A DNA stretch of 45,072 bases from Candidatus Rokuibacteriota bacterium (GCA_016184305.1 JACPCX010000180.1:1-45072); one strand, 5' to 3'. Positions 1 to 13,366 are shown, numbered from the stretch's first letter. Translations and numbers: made by a program. The notes: a model not told the origin generated them from the letters alone.

Positions 1-831
1 AAGGTGCGCGACATCTATGCCGTGGGCGAGGACAAGCTGCTCATCGTCCAGACCGATCGCCTGTCCGCCTTCGACGTCGTGCTCGACGACCCGATCCCCG
101 GCAAGGGCGAGGTCCTGACCGCCCTGTCCGAGTTCTGGTTCAAGAAGCTCGGCCACCTCGTGCGGAACCACACCACGGGCATCGAGCCGGAGTCGGTGGT
201 CTCGGGCGAGGCCGAGCGCGCGCAGGTGCGCGGCCGCGCGATGGTGGTGAGGAAGCTCACGCCGCTGACCATCGAGGCGATCGTGCGCGGCTACATCATC
301 GGCTCGGGATGGAAGGAGTACCAGAAGACCGGGGCGATCTGCGGCATCGCGCTGCCGGCGGGCCTCAAGGAGGCGCAGAAGCTCCCGGAGACGATCTTCA
401 CGCCCTCCAGCAAGGCGCCGGCCGGCGAGCACGACGAGAACATTCCGTTCGCGGAAGCGGAGCGGCGCGTGGGCCCCGCGATCGCCCACGAGGTGCGCGC
501 GGCGGCCATCGCCCTCTATACCCACGCCGCGGAATACGCCGCCACCCGCGGCATCATCATCGCCGACACCAAGTTCGAGTTCGGCACCGATGCCGCTGGC
601 ACGATGTACCTCATCGACGAGATCCTCACGCCCGATTCCTCGCGCTTCTGGCCGGCGAGCCAGTACCGGGTGGGCATGAGCCCGCCCTCGTTCGACAAGC
701 AGTTCGTGCGTGACTGGCTGGAAACGCAGCCCTGGAACAAGAAGGCGCCGGCCCCGCGCCTCCCTGCCGACATCATCGCCAAGACCGCCGAGAAGTACCG
801 CGAAGCGCTGCGGCGGCTCACGGGGCCGTGA
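1..831 (+). CDS. purC: SAICAR synthetase (5' truncated by window edge)
   Basis: [54 protein letters not shown] and [11 protein letters not shown] are PurC motifs; frame open from base 1. Confidence 0.95.
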   Translation, partial: KVRDIYAVGEDKLLIVQTDRLSAFDVVLDDPIPGKGEVLTALSEFWFKKLGHLVRNHTTGIEPESVVSGEAERAQVRGRAMVVRKLTPLTIEAIVRGYIIGSGWKEYQKTGAICGIALPAGLKEAQKLPETIFTPSSKAPAGEHDENIPFAEAERRVGPAIAHEVRAAAIALYTHAAEYAATRGIIIADTKFEFGTDAAGTMYLIDEILTPDSSRFWPASQYRVGMSPPSFDKQFVRDWLETQPWNKKAPAPRLPADIIAKTAEKYREALRRLTGP

Positions 832-1003
832 CGTCGGCCCGGGCCGCGCCCGGGAAGAAGGGGCCGGTGGCTCGTGGGTCATGCGCGGAGGGGGTTCACG
901 CCGTGCATCTTCCGAGGCGCGACCGGCCTCTAAAGAGTGTCGGTGTATACTGCGGATCGGCCCCTCGGACGAGGGGCCACACCCATGCCCAAGGAGAGTG
1001 CCC

Positions 1004-1189
1004 ATGTCCGTGACCATGAAGGTCCTCGAGAACGGCCCGGTGATGGTGACCGGAGAGTGCCAGGTGACTGACGCCAGCGGCAAAGCGCTGACCCCGAAGG
1101 GGAACCCGTTCCACCTGTGCCGCTGCGGCGCCTCGGCCAACAAGCCGTTCTGCGACGGCCAGCACAAGAAGATCGAGTTCAAGGGCTAG
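1004..1189 (+). CDS. CDGSH-type iron-sulfur domain protein (61 aa)
   Basis: LCRCGASANKPFCDGQH CDGSH motif, NGP..V.G N-terminal motif, AAGGAG RBS at 991-996. Confidence 0.9.
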   Translation: MSVTMKVLENGPVMVTGECQVTDASGKALTPKGNPFHLCRCGASANKPFCDGQHKKIEFKG

Positions 1190-1216
1190 CAGCCTGCGGG
1201 TTCTTCAGCAGCCTCG

Positions 1217-2614
<1,398 letters not shown>

Positions 2615-2642
2615 GAGCACCTCCCCGATCATGCGGCGCCCG

Positions 2643-3482
2643 TCACCCCGGCAACTTCCAACCCAGCCACTCGCAGACGGCGCGCCCCATGATCCAGTCC
2701 TTGTCGGCGGCCGAGAGCCACGGGAGCTCCTCGGTGAACAGCGTGATGGCCTGCCGCCACGTGCAGGGCAGCCGCGTCCAGTCCGTCCCCCAGAAGACGC
2801 GCCGCGGCCCGAACGCGTCGACGACCTGGCGAAGGTGCTTGTGCAGCCCCCGGTACGGGTACGGCTCCGTCGAGCAGCAGGGCAGCGCCGAGGCCTTCAC
2901 CGCCACGTTGGGCCGCTTGGCCAGCGCGAGCAGATGCGGCAGGTCCGCGAAGGCGGCATCGTCCTTCCGGCCGATTGCCAGCGCCAAGTGGTCGATGACG
3001 AGGCGGAGCCCAGGGTGGCGGGCGGCGATCCCGTCCACGAGCGGCAGCGAGCCGGGCACAAAGATCATCACCGGAAGGCCGGCCTTCTCGGCGGCAGTCC
3101 AGAGCCAGTCGGCCGTGCCGTCAGTGAGCCACGGCTTCTGGACGTCGGTGTGGAAGGTGAAGCGCAGGCCGAGCATGCCCGGCTGGCGCGTCCAGTCCGC
3201 GACGAGCGACCGGCTCTCGGGCCGCTCGATGGCGAGCCGGCCCATGACGGCGAAGCGGTCCGGGTGCAGGCGCGCCGCCTCCAGCGCCAGGTCGTTGCGG
3301 TCCCCTTCCCACGAGGGCGGCACGACCACCACGCGGCTGACGCCGGCCTCGTCCATCCCCTGCAGGAGCATGTCCTTGGTCACCGGATACGGCTTCTGGG
3401 CCTGATGCGCCCGGCCCGGCGGCCAGGGGCGGTCGGGCGTGTCGGCTCCCCAGATATGCGCCTGCGAATCGACGATGAGCAT
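2643..3482 (-). CDS. amidohydrolase family 2 protein (LigI/lactonase-like)
   Basis: [23 protein letters not shown] motifs; AAGGAGGAG RBS upstream of ATG 3482. Confidence 0.85.
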   Translation of the reverse strand: MLIVDSQAHIWGADTPDRPWPPGRAHQAQKPYPVTKDMLLQGMDEAGVSRVVVVPPSWEGDRNDLALEAARLHPDRFAVMGRLAIERPESRSLVADWTRQPGMLGLRFTFHTDVQKPWLTDGTADWLWTAAEKAGLPVMIFVPGSLPLVDGIAARHPGLRLVIDHLALAIGRKDDAAFADLPHLLALAKRPNVAVKASALPCCSTEPYPYRGLHKHLRQVVDAFGPRRVFWGTDWTRLPCTWRQAITLFTEELPWLSAADKDWIMGRAVCEWLGWKLPG

Positions 3483-3819
3483 CAATGGCTCCTCCTTGAG
3501 TGCGGGTAGGATACCACGGACAAGACAGGGGCAGGCCACGCCCACCGGCTCGGTGGAGGGCGGGCGCGCGGTGTCAGGCCACGTGTTCAGCCGCCGCCTG
3601 GACGCCGGCCTCGAGGCGGGCGGCAACGACCCCGCCTGCGTGGTCGAGGCTGCTCGCTCTCGCACCTCGGCTTCCGCCACCTCACCCGCCCCAAGAGCTT
3701 TCTCCTGCGGACCCGCGCCTGACGGCATCGCCGGCGCGTCCCCCGCGCCGCGCTCGCGCCGACCCGAACATGCCGCGTGCGTGCGCCGTCGAGAGCGCGA
3801 TGGCGCGGCGCCTCTGGAA

Positions 3820-4977
3820 TCACCGCGTGGCAGCGAGCGGGCGCCACAGCAGCCGCGCGCCCGCCGTGAGCGCGGCGACGCCCACGGCGGCCACGAACCA
3901 GCCCGCCGCCCGGGCGCCGAGCAGCCCGCTCACGACGGGGCCGAGGAACACCGCCGCGTCCACGCCGGCGCGGTAGAGGCCCGTGCGCCACGCGAGTCCC
4001 TCGCGTCCGGCGTGCTCGCGGATCACGCCGAGCGGCAGCATCCAGCCCGCCAGGCCGAGGCCGAAGCCGGCGCAGCCCAGGACGAAGAGCGGAAAAGAGC
4101 CGAGCCCCGTCCCCAGCGTCCCCAGCCCCAGCGCCAGTGCGACGGCCCCGAGCACCCGGCTGCGCCCCAACCGGTCGGCAAGCTGGCCCACCGGGATCAG
4201 GGCCATGAGGTCCACGACCTGCGCCATGGCGAGGAGACGCGAGATCCCGGCGCGGTCGAGGCCGAACTCCCGCGTGCCCCGGAGCGGGATGAGGAACTGG
4301 CTCACCGACGACCAGCAGAACGCGAACAGCATGCCGACGCCCAGCATCATCCAGACCACGGCCGGCGTGCGCGCGGTGGACGAATGCTCGGAATCGGATG
4401 GGTCGGGGGCGACGTGCGGCCGAGAGGGAGGCGGACCCGGAAGGTGCCGGCGCAGCAGCGGGACCACGGCGGCACCGAGCAGCACCGGAGAGGAGGCGGC
4501 CAGCAGCGATACATTCCAGCCCCACGTCTTCGGGAGCAACCCGACCAGAGTCAGGCCGCCGAGGATGCCGAACATGCCGGAGAACTCGTAGGTGTTGAGC
4601 CTCACCGCGGCGCCGGCGCCGCGGTCGTCCTCGAGCACGGCGGTGAGGCCACTGACCATGCCCAGCGTGTGGGCGAGCCCCATGAGGGCGCGGCCGAGGA
4701 CCAGCACCGGGAACGGCCCGCCGGTGCCGAGCACGAGCAGGCCCATCACCATGACGCCGGGGGCGAGGGTGAAGCTCGTGGCGAGACGGCGGCCGGCGAG
4801 GAGGCCCGCCGGCATCGCGCCCGCCATGCGGGCGAAGCCGAAGGCGCCGGCCACGACGCCGAGTTGCCAGTCGGCCAGCTCGTGCGAGCGAGCGATCTCC
4901 GGGAGGACCGGGCCGAAGGCCCCGTTGCAGAACGTGCTGAAGAAGAGGAACAGGCACACCAGCCATGTGCCGCTCAA
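3820..4977 (-). CDS. MFS transporter
   Basis: About 12 hydrophobic segments and GQLADRLGRSRVL MFS loop motif; start uncertain. Confidence 0.8.
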   Translation of the reverse strand: MSGTWLVCLFLFFSTFCNGAFGPVLPEIARSHELADWQLGVVAGAFGFARMAGAMPAGLLAGRRLATSFTLAPGVMVMGLLVLGTGGPFPVLVLGRALMGLAHTLGMVSGLTAVLEDDRGAGAAVRLNTYEFSGMFGILGGLTLVGLLPKTWGWNVSLLAASSPVLLGAAVVPLLRRHLPGPPPSRPHVAPDPSDSEHSSTARTPAVVWMMLGVGMLFAFCWSSVSQFLIPLRGTREFGLDRAGISRLLAMAQVVDLMALIPVGQLADRLGRSRVLGAVALALGLGTLGTGLGSFPLFVLGCAGFGLGLAGWMLPLGVIREHAGREGLAWRTGLYRAGVDAAVFLGPVVSGLLGARAAGWFVAAVGVAALTAGARLLWRPLAATR

Positions 4978-5015
4978 GGCTGGAACGAGGGGGCGGGCCT
5001 CCCGAAAGCCACGGC

Positions 5016-6462
<1,447 letters not shown>

Positions 6463-6470
<8 letters not shown>

Positions 6471-7761
6471 GCTCGGCCCTCTTGATCGGAAGCGAGATGG
6501 TGAAGGTGGTGCCCGCCCCGATGACGCTGCTCCAGCCGATGCGGCCGCCGTGCTCCTCCACGATCTGGCGGGAGATGGAGAGCCCGAGTCCCGTGCCCTG
6601 CGGCTTGGTGGTGAAGAACTGCTCGAACAGCCGCTGGCCGACCTCGAGCGGGATGCCCGGGCCGGTGTCGCTCACCGCGATCTCCACGGTGCCGTCGAGG
6701 CACCGTGTGGTCGCGGTGAGCACCCCGCCCTGGGAGAGCGCCTCGAGCCCGTTCTTGACGAGATTGAGCACGGCCTGGCGCAGCAGCGAGCGGTCGATGG
6801 CCATGGGCGGCACGGCCGGGTCTGTCTCGAGGCGCACGGAGATGCCCTGGCGCGTGGCCAGTGGCCGCACGAACTCCGCCACCGCCGCGACCATCTCGTT
6901 GACGGAGTCCTCCTCGAACTGCGGGCGCGGGAAGCGGGCGAAGGCGAGGTACTCCTCCGTGAGAGCGTCCAGCGCCGTCACCTGCTCGCGGATGGCGGTC
7001 AGGAGGCTCGCGGCCTCGTCCATCTCGGGTCCCTGGTGCTCGCCCACGATGTCGCCCAGCATCTCGGCGTTCAGCTCGATGGCGGCGATGGGGTTGCGCA
7101 CCTCGTGCGCGACCTTCAGCGAGAGCCGGCCCACGGTGGCCATGCGCTCGGCCACCACCAGCTCCTGCTGCGCAGCCTGCAGCCGGGTCAGCGTGCCCGT
7201 CACCTCGGCATTCAGCCGCTCCACCTCGGCCCGCGCCCGGCGCTCGCGCTCGGCCACGTGCCCCAGCGCGAAGGCCGGGAGGCCCACGAGCCCCATGAGG
7301 ATGATGACCGGCGTCCAGCCCACCCAGGGCGGCGCCAGCGCGGCGGCCGCGGCGTAGAGCAGCCCCGCCACCAGGGCCACGAGGAGCCCGACCCAGCGGC
7401 CAAAGTAGTACGCATTCACCGCCACCAGCGGGAAGAAGAGGAGATAGAAGAGGCTGTCGGCACCGCCGGTGAGGTACAGGAGCGAGAAGACCAGGAGGAG
7501 ATCCACCGCGAGCGCGGCCGTGAAGATGGGGCCCGTCGCGCGGGGGTTCACGGTGACCAGCGCCAGGATGCACGCCTTGTACGCCGCGAACCACATGACG
7601 AGCGAGTAGACGTCGAAGCGGTAGCGGGGGCGCAGCGGCGCCAGCCCGAGCGTGGCGAGGCCGCCGACCATGACCAGGGCCAGCAGGAAGGCGAAGACGC
7701 GTTCGTCGCGCTCGAGGAGGCGCACCACCGCCAGCCAGCATCTGCGCGCCAGAGTGTTCAT
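6463..7761 (-). CDS. multi-TM sensor histidine kinase, partner of the adjacent regulator
   Basis: About 5-6 TM N-terminus, AHEVRNP H-box, NLVKNG, DTGPGI, FFTTK, GTGLGL; overlaps regulator start. Confidence 0.9.
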
Positions 7762-7774
7762 GGGGCTGCGCGCT

Positions 7775-9274
7775 TCATGCGGGGGCTTCGCCGGGGGCGG
7801 GGGCGCGCGCCGAGCCCAGGTGAACTTCCTCCCGCTTGAGAAGCGGGATCACCACCAGCGGCAGGAGGCCGATCAGGCCCACCACGATCATGAGCCGGCC
7901 CAGGTTCCCGTAGTCCTGCTGGGTGACCGCGAAGTACGTGTTCAGGTAGCGCGTGCCGAGCTCGCTGGCGGACAGCGCCAGGTTCATCAGCGAGGCCATG
8001 ATCGCGAACATGGTGGCCTCCGCCCCCCGGGGCGCCGTGCGTGCGATCAGGACCAGCATGGGCACCATGGCGAGCTGCGACAGCGGCGCCGAGATGGTGG
8101 TGTCGAGGAAGGCGAAGGTCCGGGGGCTGACCCCGATCCACTCGTTGGCGCCATAGAAGAGCCCGATGGTCGGCAGGTAGAGCACGGTCCCGGCGATGCT
8201 CACCCACAGGATGGTGAAGCTCACGGGGCGCTTCGTGATGGGCTTGCGGAAGAGGACAAGCCCCACCAGGCTCAGCACGCTGCTGGCCTGGGCCAGGAGG
8301 CCGAGGAACTGCTGATCGAAGCCCAGCCTGTCGATGGCCCAGTAGCTGTAGCCCTGGCCCACGCCGGGCGTGGCCCGGAAGAGGAAGATCACGAAGGCCG
8401 CGACCGCCACCGGGCGCGACAGCCCGACGCGATTGAGGAGCAGGACGATCAGCGTCGCGGACACCGCGAGGATCAGCTCCTGGGCGAAGGGGACGTCGAA
8501 GTACTCGAGCAGGACGCCCAGCCCCGCATAGGACACCCCCACGCTCATGACCAGGCGCGCCTTGCCCCCACCGAGCGGGTCGTCCTCGGTCGGTGCCACC
8601 CCGACCGCAACCGCGAGCGGGGCCGGTGCGGCGCGGCGTCGCTCGCGTCCCGCAAGAAGCGCGATGACGCTCACCAGCACCGGCAGCCCCGCCGCGATGG
8701 CGAAGACCGGCCGGGAGCCAAGTCGCCCCGCGAGAAAGCCGCTGAGATAGCCGACGCTGATGCTCCCCGCGAGGAGCGCCATCCGCCCGAGGGTCTGGAT
8801 CTGCGCCATCTCCTCGTCGGACTGCGCCACCTCCACGCTGAGCGCGTCGGCCACCACATCCTGGATCATGTACCCCACGGTCACCATGACCATGACCGCG
8901 AGGTACGGGCCCTTGGTGGTGATGACGGTGGCGAGGAGGACATAGCCCACGAAGGAGCAGAGCCCGCCCAGGACCAGGTAGGCCTTCCGGCGGCTGCCGA
9001 GGATCGGATAGACGTCGGAGGCGACGCCGACGACCATCTTCATGGTCCACGGCAGGCCCAGCCAGAAGCCGATGCCGGCCGCCTCGGCGGGCGTGATCCG
9101 CAGGGCGTCCTTCTGGAAGTACAGCATCGCGACGCCGGTGATGGCGCTCGCCCCGTAGCAGAAGTACGTGACGAGCACCGGCAGATACGCGAGCCGGACG
9201 GTGCCGAACACGCGCCCGAGCAGCGGGAGAAAGCCGGAGCGGGCCGGGGAGGCGGGCGCGGAGGGATCCGGCAT
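7775..9274 (-). CDS. BT1/folate-biopterin family MFS transporter
   Basis: LPWTMKMVVGVASDVYPILGSRRKAY, DVVADALSVE, APRGAEATMFAIMASLMNL resemble the FBT family; start uncertain (9274 or 9346). Confidence 0.75.
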   Translation of the reverse strand: MPDPSAPASPARSGFLPLLGRVFGTVRLAYLPVLVTYFCYGASAITGVAMLYFQKDALRITPAEAAGIGFWLGLPWTMKMVVGVASDVYPILGSRRKAYLVLGGLCSFVGYVLLATVITTKGPYLAVMVMVTVGYMIQDVVADALSVEVAQSDEEMAQIQTLGRMALLAGSISVGYLSGFLAGRLGSRPVFAIAAGLPVLVSVIALLAGRERRRAAPAPLAVAVGVAPTEDDPLGGGKARLVMSVGVSYAGLGVLLEYFDVPFAQELILAVSATLIVLLLNRVGLSRPVAVAAFVIFLFRATPGVGQGYSYWAIDRLGFDQQFLGLLAQASSVLSLVGLVLFRKPITKRPVSFTILWVSIAGTVLYLPTIGLFYGANEWIGVSPRTFAFLDTTISAPLSQLAMVPMLVLIARTAPRGAEATMFAIMASLMNLALSASELGTRYLNTYFAVTQQDYGNLGRLMIVVGLIGLLPLVVIPLLKREEVHLGSARAPAPGEAPA

Positions 9275-9339
9275 GGCCCATAGTCTATCCCATCGGAAGC
9301 CCCTTGACGCCGGCGCGTCGCCCCCGGTAGGGTCGGGCC

Positions 9340-10017
9340 ATGGCACTTCGAGGCGGCGCCGTGCTGGCCATCTGGAACGACATCGCGCCCGGCGGCGACG
9401 CCGAGTTCAACCACTGGCACACGCGGGAGCACGTGCCGGAGCGCGTCGGCATCGCGGGCTTCCTCCGCGGGCGGCGCTACGAGGCCCTCGCGGGCAGCCC
9501 CCGGTACTTCACGCTCTACGAGACGGAGAGCGTGACGACACTCAACGGGCCGGCCTACCTCGCGCGACTCAACGAGCCCACGCCGTGGACGCGCTCGTCG
9601 CTCCAGCTCTTCAGGAACAACAAGCGCACCGTCTGCCGCGTGGCGCTGACCCTCGGTCACGGCATCGGTGGCGCGCTCGCCACGCTCGACCTCGGCCCGG
9701 CCCCGGGGCGTGACGAGGACTTCAAGGCCTGGCTCACGGCCACGACGGTGCCCGCCATGGCCGACCGGCCCGGCATCGTCGGGGCGCATTTCTGCCAGGC
9801 CGATGTGGCGGCGACGCAGGTAATGACCGAGGAGAAAAAGCTCCGGGATCGGGCCGATGCCCTCGCCCGCTGGGTGCTCCTCGTGGAGGGGCTCGATCAG
9901 GCAACGGTGCAGGGTGCATGCCGCGACTTCCTGACCGCCGAGACCCTCACCCGCCACGGCGCCGCGCCCGACATCGCAGCCGCCGTGTACCGCCTGACCT
10001 ACAGCCTGGAGCGCTGA
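9340..10017 (+). CDS. dimeric alpha/beta-barrel protein (DUF4286/EthD-like)
   Basis: EFNHWHTREHVPERVGIAGFLRGRRY...YFTLYE...YLARLNEPTPW pattern. Confidence 0.65.
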   Translation: MALRGGAVLAIWNDIAPGGDAEFNHWHTREHVPERVGIAGFLRGRRYEALAGSPRYFTLYETESVTTLNGPAYLARLNEPTPWTRSSLQLFRNNKRTVCRVALTLGHGIGGALATLDLGPAPGRDEDFKAWLTATTVPAMADRPGIVGAHFCQADVAATQVMTEEKKLRDRADALARWVLLVEGLDQATVQGACRDFLTAETLTRHGAAPDIAAAVYRLTYSLER

Positions 10018-10035
10018 GCGAGGCAGCGCGCGGCG

Positions 10036-10250
10036 CCGGGGCCCGGAGGGCGGGGACGCCGGGCGCGCTCCGGACGGCTCGCCTGTACGCCGATTCTCGC
10101 TCGGGCGGGGCTCCCGCGGCCCCCCATCCCCCAGAGGCGGCGGCGCGAGGGCAGTCCCCCCGCGATCGCGCACTCGCCCTGCCCTGCGCTTCGGCCGGCG
10201 ACACGCCTCGCCACAGGGCGCGCCCGGCGTCCCCGCCCTCCGGGCCCCGG
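10036..10250. repeat. 215-bp palindromic element with perfect 33-bp terminal inverted repeats
   Basis: CCGGGGCCCGGAGGGCGGGGACGCCGGGCGCGC (10036-10068) is the exact reverse complement of 10218-10250; lies between convergent genes. Confidence 0.85.
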
Positions 10251-10271
10251 GGTCAACGGCTTCCGCGAGCG

Positions 10272-11678
10272 TCAGTGGTCGAGCGGGGGGCGTCGCAGGT
10301 GCCAGCCGGCCGCCTGCTCGTAGGCGTGGCCCAGCCGCAGCACCGTGACCTCGTCGAAGGGGCGCCCCACGATCTGGAAGCCCAGCGGCAGCCCAGCCCC
10401 CGAGAACCCGCACGGCACCGACAAGGCCGGCAGCCCGAGCCCGTTCCAGGGCCGGGTCAGCCGCGAGAACTGCTTCATGCGCGCCGTCACGTCCTCGGTC
10501 GTGCCCGCCTTCACGTCCGCGAGGGCCGGCGCCGGCTCGGGGATCACGGGCACCGCCAGCGCGTCCGCCTCCGAGAAGACCTCGCGGATGAACTCGCGGG
10601 CCAGGCGCGCGCGGAGGCGCAGGGCCTGGAGATAGTCATGGGCGGGGATGCGGACGCCCAGCTCGAGCCTGGCGCGCACGGCGGGCTGGAGGTCTTGCGG
10701 CCGCTCCCGCAGGAGGCGCGAGTGGATCGCCGCGCTCTCGGCGCGCGCGATGATGTTGGCCACATCCGTGATCAGCCCAGGATCCGGAATGCGCACCTCG
10801 GACACGCGGGCGCCGAGCGCCTCGAGCGCCCCCGCCGCACGGCGCACGCCGGCTTCCATCTCGGGGTCGACGCCATGGAAGTAGTAGTTCTCCGGCACGC
10901 CGACGCGAAGCCCGGCGATGGGATGTCCGAGGGCCGCCGCGCAGTCGGCCGCGGCGCGGGGACTCGAGGTCGCATCCTCCGGGTCATGACCGGCGATGAC
11001 CCCGAGCAGGAGCGCCACATCCCGCACCGTCAGCGCCATGGGGCCCACGTGGTCCATGGACCAGGACAGCGGCATGACTCCCGCGCGGCTCACGCGGCCG
11101 TAGGTGGGCTTGAGTCCGACGATGCCGCAACAGCCCGCCGGCAGCCGGATGGAGCCGCCCGTGTCGGTGCCGAGGGCGCCCATGGCCAGCCCAGCGGCCA
11201 CCGCGGCGCCCGAGCCGCTCGAGGAGCCGCCCGCGCAGTGCCCGAGACGCCAGGGGTTCTGGACGTCCCCGTGGTGGGCGTTGTCACCGAAGGGCCCCAT
11301 CGCCAGCTCCGACATGTTGAGCTTGCCCAGCGTCACGGCACCCGCCCCGACCAGACGGCGGACCGCGGTGCACTCGGCCTCGGCGAAGAAGTAGTGGGGC
11401 GTCTTCGTCCCGCAGGAGGACGGCAGGCCGCGGATGTGACAGAGGTCCTTGAAGGCGAGCGGCACCCCGTGGAGCGGGCCGCGCCAGCGCCCCGCGCGCG
11501 CGTCGGCCTCGAGGGTGCGGGCGGTCGCCAGCGCGCCCTCGCCATCCAGCGTGATGAAGGCGCGCAGCCGCCCGTCGAGTCGGGCAATGCGATCGAGGCA
11601 GGCGCGCGTCGCCTCCACCGGGGAGAGGCGCCCCGCGCGGATGTCGGCGGCGACGGAGGCGAGCGTCCAGTCGGTCAT
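10272..11678 (-). CDS. amidase signature family enzyme (GatA/AtzE-like)
   Basis: GVPLAFKDL, GGSSSGS and GTDTGGSIRLPA give the Ser-cisSer-Lys triad; ATGA overlap with upstream gene. Confidence 0.9.
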   Translation of the reverse strand: MTDWTLASVAADIRAGRLSPVEATRACLDRIARLDGRLRAFITLDGEGALATARTLEADARAGRWRGPLHGVPLAFKDLCHIRGLPSSCGTKTPHYFFAEAECTAVRRLVGAGAVTLGKLNMSELAMGPFGDNAHHGDVQNPWRLGHCAGGSSSGSGAAVAAGLAMGALGTDTGGSIRLPAGCCGIVGLKPTYGRVSRAGVMPLSWSMDHVGPMALTVRDVALLLGVIAGHDPEDATSSPRAAADCAAALGHPIAGLRVGVPENYYFHGVDPEMEAGVRRAAGALEALGARVSEVRIPDPGLITDVANIIARAESAAIHSRLLRERPQDLQPAVRARLELGVRIPAHDYLQALRLRARLAREFIREVFSEADALAVPVIPEPAPALADVKAGTTEDVTARMKQFSRLTRPWNGLGLPALSVPCGFSGAGLPLGFQIVGRPFDEVTVLRLGHAYEQAAGWHLRRPPLDH

Positions 11679-11857
11679 GACGCTGCGGCCTCGGACGGAG
11701 CGCCCGGCCCCTGACCATGGACGTCCGCCGGCGCGCCGGCCTCGAGGGCGGCCAGGAAGCGGGCCGGCTCCTCGGCGAGCGCGAGATCCCCCTCCGCGCG
11801 CTCGATGGCCGCCGCCATGCTCGCGAGGTCGATCTCCCGGGGGGCGGTGGGCGTCAT
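11675..11857 (-). CDS. small (60 aa) putative amidase accessory protein, AtzG/GatC-like position
   Basis: MTPTAPREIDLASMAAAIERAEGDLALAEEPARF...; ATGA overlaps at both ends, filling the gap exactly. Confidence 0.55.
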   Translation of the reverse strand: MTPTAPREIDLASMAAAIERAEGDLALAEEPARFLAALEAGAPADVHGQGPGAPSEAAAS

Positions 11858-12660
11858 GGGGCGAGCGGGGCGCGCGCAGCCGCGAGCATCTCGACCAGCA
11901 CCGCGCGGCACTCCTCGGCCGTTCTGACCTCGCGCGGGAACGCGATCCGGGCGCTGTGCACGCGCGCGTCAGTCCTGAGCCTGAGCCTGAGGCCGAGCCG
12001 GTCCACGGCGACCATCCACGCCTCGTCGACCGGGGCGCCGGCTCGCGCATGCGCGAGGACCCGCAGCGCGGCGGCGTGGTCGCGGTTCATGTGCTCGATG
12101 ATGCCGGCGGCCACGTCGGCCAGCGGGTCCGGCCGCGCGTCGCCGTACTCCCCGGCCCCCACCCAGTCCATGGCCCCGAAGCCGCCGACGAAGTACACGT
12201 CCTCCACACGCAGACGCCAGAAGGCGAAGTCCTGGAAATCCACCCAGTGCTGCGCCTTGGGGTGGCGCGCCAGGTAGGCCGCGCGCGCGGAGGCCCGCTC
12301 GTCCTCGGCCAGCCGAGCCGCAGCGCCCATGAGCGTGACGCGTCCACCTCCGAGCGGGTCGTCCTCCCATCCCGGCTGGACCACGAGCAGACTGGTTCGC
12401 GGATCGGCCGCGAGATTCTGGGTGTGCATCGCCATGCTGCTGATCAGGAACAGCGGGCCGCCGCGCTCGTCGGGCACGTACGGCATCACCGAGCCGAAGG
12501 GAGCGCCGGGGTGCTTGCGCGAGAGAGTGGACAGCGTGCCCGTTCGGCCCAGGGAGACGAGCGTGCGCGCCCGCTCGGCGTACGTGGGCTCGGGCGGCGG
12601 CGGGGTTTGCGGCTCCCCTGGACCGGCATGGCGGTTCACCCGGCTGGCCTCCTCGGTCAC
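11854..12660 (-). CDS. HugZ/PNPOx-like split-barrel protein with C-terminal DUF2470-like domain
   Basis: GTLSTLS...PFGSVMPY, MHTQNLAADPRTSLLV, RVTLMG, YFVGGFG, IIEHMNRDH; GTGA overlap with upstream stop. Confidence 0.85.
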   Translation of the reverse strand: MTEEASRVNRHAGPGEPQTPPPPEPTYAERARTLVSLGRTGTLSTLSRKHPGAPFGSVMPYVPDERGGPLFLISSMAMHTQNLAADPRTSLLVVQPGWEDDPLGGGRVTLMGAAARLAEDERASARAAYLARHPKAQHWVDFQDFAFWRLRVEDVYFVGGFGAMDWVGAGEYGDARPDPLADVAAGIIEHMNRDHAAALRVLAHARAGAPVDEAWMVAVDRLGLRLRLRTDARVHSARIAFPREVRTAEECRAVLVEMLAAARAPLAP

Positions 12661-12929
12661 AGCGCGCTGCGCCCCGTTGCCTTGCCGAGGAAGCCCAGGA
12701 GGGCCCGGGTGAACTCGGCCGGCTGCTCGAGCGTGTAGGGCCCTGCCGGCGCGCTCGTCCGGCCGTGACCGCGCGTGTCGAAGCGCAGCACGCGGTAGCG
12801 CCCCGCGAGGGCGCGGGCCTGCTCGTCCCACAGCGAAAGATTGGCCCCGAGGGCATGCCCCATCGTCACCACGGGGCCCTCGCCTTCGATCGTGTCGTTG
12901 ATCTCGATGCCGTTGGCGGTGAGCTTCAT
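12657..12929 (-). pseudogene. PcaD-like (3-oxoadipate enol-lactonase) alpha/beta hydrolase with large in-frame internal deletion
   Basis: N-terminus GHALGANLSLWDEQ...RFDTRGHG...GPYTLEQ joined directly to the family's C-terminal EQPAEFTRALLGFL; no GxSxG; 90 aa. Confidence 0.75.
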
Positions 12930-12961
12930 CGTCCCTGCCCTGGCTTCCGGATGCCTAGCGA

Positions 12962-13366
12962 CTAGGGGATTATGGAGAACCGGCCGATCCGCGCCGGGCG
13001 GTAGATGGTGAAGTCGCGGCGGTCCACGGTGAACATCTGGCGAATTCCCTCACGCTCCGCGATGGTCACGAGCGCCGCGTCGGCGAGATCCATGGGGAGA
13101 TCTCGGTATTTCCGCATCAACTCCCGCATTCTTGGCCCATCGCCTGCCCCGAGCGGGAGCATCTCCAGCCCGCCCGTGAGCACCATGTCCCAGACGGCTT
13201 CCTGTGCCGCCCACGAGAACCCGAGCAGGTACATCGCCTCCGTGAGGGCCGGCCACACCGTGCCGAGCGGCTCGCGGATCGCCCGCAATGCGTCCCGGCA
13301 GCGTTCATGGTTCCGGTCATCGCGGTGGACCAGCGCCACGATCGGGCCGGCGTCGACGAGAATCAC
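12962..13366 (-). CDS. VapC-type PIN domain toxin
   Basis: ILVDAGPIVAL, LTEAMYL, MDLADAALV, FTVDRRDF acidic PIN residues. Confidence 0.9.
   Translation of the reverse strand: MILVDAGPIVALVHRDDRNHERCRDALRAIREPLGTVWPALTEAMYLLGFSWAAQEAVWDMVLTGGLEMLPLGAGDGPRMRELMRKYRDLPMDLADAALVTIAEREGIRQMFTVDRRDFTIYRPARIGRFSIIP

Noticed and set aside
959..978. 8-bp hairpin in the CDGSH gene leader after TATACT (946-951), as a riboswitch or terminator
   Set aside because: No U-tract and no recognisable aptamer; at most a 5' stabilising stem.
3580..3650. Intergenic frame reading RLDAGLEAGGNDPACV, like the aldehyde dehydrogenase LELGGKDP motif
   Set aside because: Too short and without a supporting ORF; may be a relic but cannot be supported.
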